Shown: piece after piece, positions 55,160 through 64,000 of the stretch
Layout of the letters: each line of letters opens with the position of its first letter
Numbering within the stretch: the stretch's first letter is position 1
From: Eledone cirrhosa
Lineage: Eukaryota
NCBI GenBank assembly: GCA_964016885.1
Contig: OZ024745.1
Location: 118,110,001-118,174,000 of the forward strand
Direction: 5' to 3'
DNA: 64,000 nucleotides
Program-made: the position numbers and the translations under genes
Notes under the pieces: generated by a model
What the model was told of the DNA's origin: nothing
The model's input: only the letters and a program-made list of their open reading frames with translations
Databases searched by the model: none

Positions 55160-55669
55160 TCAAGGTGAGTTTCCAATTTTGTCCACCATTAGTTTGAGGT
55201 CAAGCACTTCTGCAGTTAAAGGATCAATGCCTTGTAGCAGAAAGTTTTGGGTTGCCTCGTTACAGATTTCGCCAATTTCTCTGACGTCCATTAGTTTGAC
55301 GAGAACCCGCGGAAAAAGTACTTTGCCGATTTCCTCATTATATTTACATTCAATGTACGTTTTGAGCCAGGTTGTATATTTTTCTTGAGCAGCTACTACG
55401 ACCTCACTACTTAGTAAACTCGACTTATCTTGGTCAAAGAACTCAATAAGGAGTAAGAGAATCATGATAACTTTGTCGTCATTGGTAGCAATTTTGAAGC
55501 TGCGAATGAACTGTGAGAGCTTTGCGTACAAACAATCACCAAGTGTTGCCTTTAAAATATTTGTGTCCAGGTAATTCTTCTCTCCATTGCAGTCCTTGAA
55601 TACCCACATGTTTTCAATATATGAATATGCCATTGATGCTCGGATTAAAGATACTTCTCGGATGCTGCC
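55160..55669 (-). CDS. Terminal coding exon of a nuclear receptor ligand-binding domain (NR1 family, HR96/NR1J/VDR-like), helices 5-12
   Basis: The ORF extends 12 codons upstream of the listed Met to a splice acceptor (pyrimidine tract tttttgtacAG|GGC at 55669, phase 0). Translation: GSIREVSLIRASMAY...LLLLIEFFDQDK...QEKYTTWLKTYIECKY...LFPRVLVKLMDVREIGE...IDPLTAEVLDL..., TGA at 55160-55162. This matches the LBD motifs (LLK)GSxxExxxxR, FPRLLxKLxxLR and the AF-2 helix PLxxEVxDL. Confidence 0.88.
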   Translation of the reverse strand, partial: GSIREVSLIRASMAYSYIENMWVFKDCNGEKNYLDTNILKATLGDCLYAKLSQFIRSFKIATNDDKVIMILLLLIEFFDQDKSSLLSSEVVVAAQEKYTTWLKTYIECKYNEEIGKVLFPRVLVKLMDVREIGEICNEATQNFLLQGIDPLTAEVLDLKLMVDKIGNSP

Positions 55670-56685
55670 CTGTACAAAAAAAAAAAGAAATTAAATAATT
55701 AGAATGCAAAGTAAAGTAAAATTATCAGTTCAAATATTTTTGTATTTTGGAATTATTTTTTTGTCAATAACTATGTAGTACTTATAGTTTTATCATTGAC
55801 ATTATGTCTTCCAGACATTTTCCCAAACCTTTAAAAAGTCAACAAATTTGATTTTTTTTTTCAAGAATATATACACTTTTACTTTTCTAAGTCAATAGAG
55901 ACCCAGATTTGTTTTTACTAAACTTTGAATAACAGCACCTTTATTCTTTTTGTATATTAAACACATAGGTCTGTCTTCTTCAGTGTAGAAATAGTAAGTT
56001 TTGTCAAAACGGGTAACTGCAGTTAAATCTGACAGGATAGAAAATATGTTTTTCTTTTTCTTTTACATATATATACAAGACTATGAAGACAATGTAAGTT
56101 GAGAGTTGCCAACTCTCTCAACCTACAAAACATTTACTAGCTAACTTGGTAGTCTTTACATGGTCATTCAATATGGTAGAAATAGCAGACAGGTACACGC
56201 CAATTATACCCTATCATCTTAAAAAAAAAATATGCATTGGTCAATGTAATTCTCAGTATACAAAAGGACAAATGTCTTTCATCAGAGGCCTGCTCTGTCA
56301 AGGCTGATCTGGGGCTAAACAACATTGATAAATATTTATTTATTTACAACAAACAAATGACTAGCATATATAATTCTTTCAAGATACAATACTTGCTGCA
56401 TCTTCAAAATAACACAATTCATACAATTTCAGATATAAACACTTGACACATTCTTTTCTTTTATTTTATTCTTTCACTGGTTTCAGGCATTAAATTATGG
56501 CCATGTTGGTTCTCTGCCTTAAAGAAATTTAGGTGATTATATCAACCCCAGTACTTATACACGCACACACACATATATATAAAATTAACTAGTAACATGT
56601 GCTTACACCGTGTTTGACTAAATAGAATTAGTCTGTTAGTTGGGATTTTAAAAATACCCTCTGAATGGAAAAAAAGGATGAGTAT

Positions 56686-56756
56686 TGACGGACATGGGAT
56701 ACAAACCCACATCTTAGGTTTGCCAGACAAAGGTGTTACCATTACACCAACACGCC
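56686..56756 (-). tRNA. Second, more degenerate copy of the tRNA-like sequence in inverted orientation
   Basis: 56669-56804 is the near reverse complement of 56963-57099; the two are separated by a long (TA)n tract. Confidence 0.5.
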
Positions 56757-56800
56757 ACCCATGCTTCCTTCCATTCAATTACAAGCTATATAACCATAGC

Positions 56801-56932
<132 letters not shown>

Positions 56933-57010
56933 CTAGAAATTGATTAACATATATATATATATACCTGCTATGGTTATATAGCTTGTAATTGAATGGAAGG
57001 AAGCATGGGT

Positions 57011-57081
57011 GACGTGTTGGTGTAATGGTAACACCTTTGTCTGGCAAACCAAAGATGTGGGTTCGTGTCCCATGTACGTCA
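57011..57081 (+). tRNA. tRNA-like sequence (pseudogene or SINE head), nominal anticodon GGC, followed by a T8 tract
   Basis: Cloverleaf: GACGTGT/GTACGTC acceptor, GTGT/ACAC D stem, TTTGT-CTGGCAA-ACCAA, GTGGG-TTCGTGT-CCCAT. A box TGGTGTAATGG, B box GGTTCGTGTCC, T-run 57092-57099. Lacks A58 and has an anticodon stem mismatch. Confidence 0.6.
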
Positions 57082-57100
57082 ATATTCAGCCTTTTTTTTA

Positions 57101-57960
57101 GGAGGAATAGGCATAGGCAGATTAGTTGGTACAACTCCCCCTTTAATAGAGAGGTCTCTACAGCTAAAGCTAGGACTTTCTTCACTTTGCTGAACACACA
57201 CTTCCCCATACAACATAGGTACTACACCATCTTCAATAAGAACACAATAAGACTCTCCTACTCCACTACACCTAACCTAGCTAGGAATATAGCCAATCTC
57301 AATTCTAAAAAATTAAATAAGCCAACCAACTCCGAACCCAATCTCCAGACTGAAGCCTTGTGCAATTGCCTAAATAAGGAAGCCTGCCCACTTGAAAACA
57401 AATGTCTGACAAATGACATCATATACAAATGTGATGTCATCTCAGGCACCGATGAGTGCAACAACAAAAAGACTTACATCGGCATGGCTTCCAATAATTT
57501 TAAGACCCGGTGTTATGCCCATACCCACTCTTTTAGAAGACCGAACAAATCAAATCAGACAACACTCGCCTCCTATATCTGGGACCTCAAAAGGAACTCC
57601 ACCCCCTTCATGCTTAAAATACTCCAGAAAGCGCACTCATACGAGGGAGGACATAAGTGCTGCGACCTTTGTATCTCAGAGAGCTACAAAATATTATTTG
57701 CGAAGGGCCCGCTACTGAACAAACTCTCTGAACACTGCCCGAATTGCATGCACAAAAACTTTTCATCTTTCAAATACCTTAATGCCAGATGGCTAAAAAA
57801 GATTCCCTTTTTTTTTTTTTAAACCCCATTCGACAAAATACTCCTTCCACTTCCTTCCCACCCTACCCCTACCCCCTCTCGACCCGAAACACGGCACTAT
57901 GGTCATGTAAGTACTTCTTACCTATCTGCTCTTTCCGCATATAGAGCATACTTCATCTTA
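57101..57960 (+). mobile_element. PLE fragment: linker with CxCx5CPx4C motif + GIY-YIG ORF (to 57822)
   Basis: [16 protein letters not shown]...[26 protein letters not shown]...CNCLNKEACPLENKCLTNDIIYKC...TYIGMASNNFKTR...CDLCISESYKIL...LLNKLSE. Homologous to 2833-3600. Confidence 0.9.
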
Positions 57961-58112
57961 ATACTGTATATAGGTGTGTGTGTATTTGTGTATATTTATG
58001 AGGGTATGTATGTAAGTATTTGTATGAGTGGCCATACGATTGTATGCGTATGTTTGTGTGTATGTGCGTTTATATGTATTTACATATATGTGTATGTGTG
58101 GGTATGTATATA

Positions 58113-58155
<43 letters not shown>

Positions 58156-58156
58156 T

Positions 58157-58287
<131 letters not shown>

Positions 58288-58339
58288 TTGTGTATATATA
58301 TATATATATATATTTGTATGTATGTGCATATGTATGTAT

Positions 58340-58770
58340 GTATATATGTATACAAAATCACCAGGAGAGATGACCCCTTAGCCTTTGTCAAGGCAGAATT
58401 CTAGGAGAAGGAAAACTCTGATATAACACCTGCAACCCTGATGGTATCCAATAATGTTGACTTGTTCTTCTTTTTGGTAAATATCATCTTGGTTAAGAGA
58501 GTGGGACTGGCTTTGTGCAGTGGCTTTGCTCACTATAAAAGCTTCATGGCACAGGCATTGCTTTATATCTGGAGATCTCTCTGCACTTGTCGTCACATGG
58601 TACCATGGGCCCAGCACTATGTGTCAATAATTGTCACAAGTGTAGTGTGTATACCAGAGTTTTCAAGTCGCTGGCTGGACTAAACAGTCACACTCGTTCA
58701 GCGCATCGGTAGGGGTTCTCCTACATGGATATAAAGTAGTGGCCGTACTCGAAAACGAGTTGGCAGCCAC
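58340..58770 (+). mobile_element. RTE-derived non-autonomous fragment with a degenerate C-terminal C2H2-like motif
   Basis: 58635-58712 translates [25 protein letters not shown], like the RTE ORF C-terminus; short hairpin tail ctcgaaaacgag. Confidence 0.45.
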
Positions 58771-58778
58771 CCTATATG

Positions 58779-58824
<46 letters not shown>

Positions 58825-58866
58825 TGTGTATGTAGGTGTTTATATATTTTTATATGTATATATATG

Positions 58867-58906
<40 letters not shown>

Positions 58907-58953
58907 TGTGTATGTAGGTGTTTATATATTTTTATATGTATATATATGTGTGA

Positions 58954-58995
<42 letters not shown>

Positions 58996-59042
58996 GTGTA
59001 TGTGTTTTTATTTATATATGGGTGTATCTGTGTATATATGTG

Positions 59043-59078
<36 letters not shown>

Positions 59079-59134
59079 TGTATGTGTATATGTGTATATG
59101 TATATATATATATATGTGTATATGTGTATATATT

Positions 59135-59927
59135 CTAGGGCGGGTAAAATTCCCGAGATCCATGGATGTGTTCTCTCCAGCGGTCTCTGTCCCTCATTAT
59201 TGCTGCCATGTCCTGCGTCTCCAACAGACCAGTGGCTGTCGTTAGGGCATCAACATACGTTAACCTTAGTCTTCCTCTTCCAGTGTGTCCATGTAGGGGC
59301 TCCCACAGGAGCACTGAGTACAATGTCAACTCTGGATGCCGGTGAGCATGTCTAGCTAACCTCAGTCTCCTCTATGTCACTTTTGAGCTGATTTTTGGGA
59401 GGCTCCCATACAGCTCCGAGTTTTTCATCCTCAGTGTATACTAATTAATGTTCAGAGCCATCCTCAGCATTCTTGTGTAGCACCCATCCACCATCTGAGT
59501 GAGTTTCTTGGTCAGTGTCCAAGTCTCAGACCCGTACAACAGCACAGACTCTACTACAGCAATGAAGAGGTGGATTTTCAGGTCTTTACGAAGGTCCGAC
59601 TTCCACACCGATCTCAAGCTGTGGCACGCTGCCCAGGCTTTGCTCTTCCTCTCAACTATATCATCTTCCGTATTCCCAAATACAGGAAGTCCTCAACCAA
59701 TTCTAGCGGCTTCCCGCTTACATTAGTGATTCCCTCTGGCTTCTCAACATTCTCTACCAGATATTTTGTTTTAGTCTCATTCATTCTCAGCCCCACACTC
59801 ATTGACACAGTCTCAACCCCCTGCATCAAATCCTCTGCCTCCATCACTGTATTTGTCACCAAAACTATGTCGTCGGCAAATTCAGCATCTGATATCTTTT
59901 TTGCCTTAACTCTCTTGCTCTGAGCCA
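59135..59927 (-). mobile_element. 5'-truncated RTE-type LINE (RT FADD motif to C-terminus, frameshifted)
   Basis: KISDAEFADDIVLV...GLRMNETKTKY...VEDFLYLG; LLWEPLHG...GR.RLTYVD...MRDRDRWR. Confidence 0.9.
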
Positions 59928-59930
59928 TGT

Positions 59931-61106
59931 ATGTATAAATACAAACTTAAAAGAACCAACACGGCTCTCTCAGAACTCATATGGTCCTTGAAAGACAAAA
60001 ACATTAAATATACCATCTTTTGGAAGAAGGTTTCTTCTGCGTCTTCATACTTGAACAGCTCTCTATCTAAAATCTGTAATCTCTGCCTAAATGAAAAATT
60101 TACCATTATCTCTAATCTAGATTCTATAATAAATAGACGTACAGATTTGTTTTCTATCTGCTTGCATAAATTCCATAAGACTTTTCACAAAGTATACAGC
60201 TAATATTCAATTCTTTATCAATTTAGAATCTTTTCTCAAAGGCACATATACATACACCTCTTTTAAAATATACCCATCTTCCTACCTTACTTCAAAGGGT
60301 ATTATACACTCTATAATACTTGTTTACTCATTACCCTCACTCTATCTTCACCTTGTAAAATCCTTCGTAACATATACATTTGTTTTTGACGCTAGATTAT
60401 TCATCCTTAATTTATTATTTTTTTCTCCCCATCATCTAACTCATTCTTAATACATATTAACTCTTTCTTCGCACATATTATCAATTCCTTCAATATACAA
60501 ACCTTAACTTCACATCATTTTTCTCAAATCCTTCAATACACAAACCATAATAATTTTTTCTCTTCGTTAATTTTCAAATTTCCATAATACTTGTAAACAT
60601 ACACACAATTTTTTTTTTTTTGACGTTAGAATATTCATCCGCAATACATTATTCTTTTCTCTCTATCATCAAACTTTTTAATCTCAATACATATTAACTC
60701 CCTCTCCTTCTTCGTACATATTTTTCCCTTCGTTAATTTTCAAATTCTTTTAATTTATACATTATCTTCCAACGGTTTTCAACCTCTCTATGTAAAACAA
60801 TATATCTTTTCTCAGTTATAAAAACTATCTCTTTCTCTCTATCACCCATCTCTCCCTCTCCACCCCTTTTTTTCATCCTTTCCACCCCCGCTCTCTAAAC
60901 AAAATATTTTCCCAATATCACACATCAATCTAAAATTACTTTTCATATGTTGATTTAAAACTGCACTATCCACAAGTGTTTTTTAGCCTTCATATCATGT
61001 CCTCCTGTATTATCTGATGAAAACACAAATATTATTGCATGATGATGTTTGTTTTTGAAATGCGCATAATAAAATACATGGAACTCCTTTAACCATCTTT
61101 TGATCT
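59931..61106 (+). mobile_element. PLE 3' fragment: GIY-YIG C-terminus (59931-60203), pyrimidine-rich 3' region, hammerhead
   Basis: TALSELIWSLKDKNIKYTIFWK...ICNLCLNEKFTII...INRRTDLFSICLH aligns by eye with the other GIY-YIG copies. Ends at (TA)n. Confidence 0.85.
61006..61078 (+). ncRNA. Type I hammerhead ribozyme with palindromic stem III
   Basis: tgtattat-CTGATGA(61014-61020)-long stem II (caaatattatt/gatgatgtttg)-GAAA(61057-61060)-tgcgca-T-A-ataaaataca. Predicted cleavage after A61068. Confidence 0.8.
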
Positions 61107-61192
61107 TATATATTATATATATGTATATATATATGTATATGTGTGTCCCACCCTTGCAAGCAGGGAAAAGCGGACGCATGATGATGATGATA

Positions 61193-61226
<34 letters not shown>

Positions 61227-61615
61227 AGTATAAAGCGAAACCTACAGTCAGTAGGCACCTCTTAACAAAAATACACCCCCGTCTCACTACCCCCACCCCA
61301 CCCACACCACTCCTTTCCATGTAAAGCTATGTTGGTACCACAACATCCAGTCCCAAATAAATGAGGTCGTGTAGATGTCACGACAAAAAAACACACAGTC
61401 CACGCTGTAATGTGGCCATGTAGGTAACACTGTAAAAACCTCCCAGGTCACACTCTAAACGTAGTTGGTGTTAGGAAGGGCATCCAGCCGTAGAAAACCC
61501 GCTAGACAGTCCTATATATGAGCAAGACAACCAATCTTGCCTCAAGTGGGAAAATTCCCGTCCAAACCCATGCAAGCGTGGAAGATGGACGTTAAACGAT
61601 GATGATGATGATGAT

Positions 61616-62756
<1,141 letters not shown>

Positions 62757-63370
62757 CTAGGGAGTGTAACTTGGAGTTACTGTAGGTTCACCCAGGGTGA
62801 GCACTCAATGTTTAGGGTCACTTCTGCGTCGAGGTGTAGAGCTATACAGAGTGTATTATATTGAAAAGATAACAAGGACGATTGGTTACTCCTTCATAAC
62901 ATTTATTGGTTGGTGACACGTGTTTCACCACTGATCAGCTCAAGGTTCGCTCTGTATCGATCTTACAAGACTCTATAATCCGCAGCTCGATGAACCCTTT
63001 AAAATGCTAGTAGAAAATGAATACATGCTGTATGGTAAAGTTAGAAGTTCATATGTTGGTCAATAAAGATTGTTTTGGTTGGTGGAATTGATCATAGGGA
63101 TGATTTCGCCTGTAGTGCATGTGGGGGTGGATGTGATGATAAGATGTTGGTGACGGTCGCAGGCTGGGATGCGGCTGTGGTGTGGTGTGAGGGCGGTGGA
63201 TTGTCGGTAGACAGATTGGCGTATATCTGTGGCTGATTCTTGTGTGTGGTGTGGGTGTGGTGGTGTTGTTTATGGTAATGGTGTTTATGGTGGTGTGGTG
63301 GATGTGTTGGCGGTGTCAAATTCAATAAAGAGATAGATACATAGACACACTTAGTCTGACAAAAACGTTG
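62757..63370 (-). mobile_element. Probable PLE 3' region with a partial hammerhead
   Basis: The minus strand at 62901-62926 reads GAAA-cacgtg-TC-accaacc-AATAAA, the same palindromic stem III/UH/polyA layout as the other copies. Bounded by TA-rich repeats. No intact CTGANGA with a matching stem I. Confidence 0.4.
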
Positions 63371-63409
63371 TATACATACACATGTGTATATACATATATA
63401 CAATTTTTT

Positions 63410-63740
63410 GGCTCTGTTTAACTGCATTGAGCTATACCTTGCTCTGTTTAACTGCATTGAGCTATACCTTGCTCTGTTTAACTGCATTGAGCTATACCTT
63501 GCTCTGTTTAACTGCATTGAGCTATACCTTGCTCTGTTTAACTGCATTGAGCTATACCTTGCTCTGTTTAACTGCATTGAGCTATACCTTGCTCTGTTTA
63601 ACTGCATTGAGCTATACCTTGCTCTGTTTAACTGCATTGAGCTATACCTTGCTCTGTTTAACTGCATTGAGCTATACCTTGCTCTGTTTAACTGCATTGA
63701 GCTATACCTTGCTCTGTTTAACTGCATTGAGCTATACCTT
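63410..63740. repeat. 30-bp minisatellite, 11 identical units
   Basis: Unit gctctgtttaactgcattgagctatacctt. Confidence 0.98.
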
Positions 63741-64000
63741 TTACTGTCATTTCTATAATACGAAGAGGGTGTTTGACTCAAACACGCTCCAGTATTCTAA
63801 TCCTTATATATATATATATATATATATATACATACACATGTGTATATATATATATATATATACATACACATGTATATATATATGTATAGAGAGAGGGGGA
63901 GAGCCAGTGGAGATGGCGTTGTACATATATATATACTTACACACAGACACACACACTTACGTTGTTTAGGGGGGAAAAGATATGTGTTGGTGATGTTAAT

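Noticed and set aside
62901-62940. Complete hammerhead using CTGATCA as core
   Set aside because: G8 is replaced and there is no stem II or 5' stem I partner; only the 3' half is credible.

Overview
AT-rich, repeat-saturated animal genomic DNA; the SINE/LINE and microsatellite landscape suggests an octopus or other coleoid, which is inference only. The one host-gene piece I can support is the last coding exon (55160-55669, minus strand) of a divergent NR1-family nuclear receptor ligand-binding domain (HR96/NR1J/VDR-like); its upstream exons are not visible. Most other long ORFs in the track are artefacts of micro- and minisatellites. The window holds many tRNA-derived SINEs, RTE-, CR1- and CRE-type LINE fragments, TTAA-flanked piggyBac-like MITEs and a probable non-autonomous Helitron. 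The strongest hidden signal is a set of (TA)n-embedded Penelope-like element (PLE) pieces: GIY-YIG endonuclease ORFs without RT, followed by minimal type I hammerhead ribozymes with palindromic stem III (about 4983, 11543 and 61006, plus degenerate copies). Related features are a ~1 kb fold-back element with a hammerhead-like motif in each arm and an inverted pair of tRNA-like Pol III units abutting a GIY-YIG ORF. Other oddities: a 28S rRNA fragment fused to a SINE, a 72-bp satellite born inside a MITE, and a twin-priming-type inversion in an RTE LINE. All calls are by-eye reading; no searches or folding programs were run.
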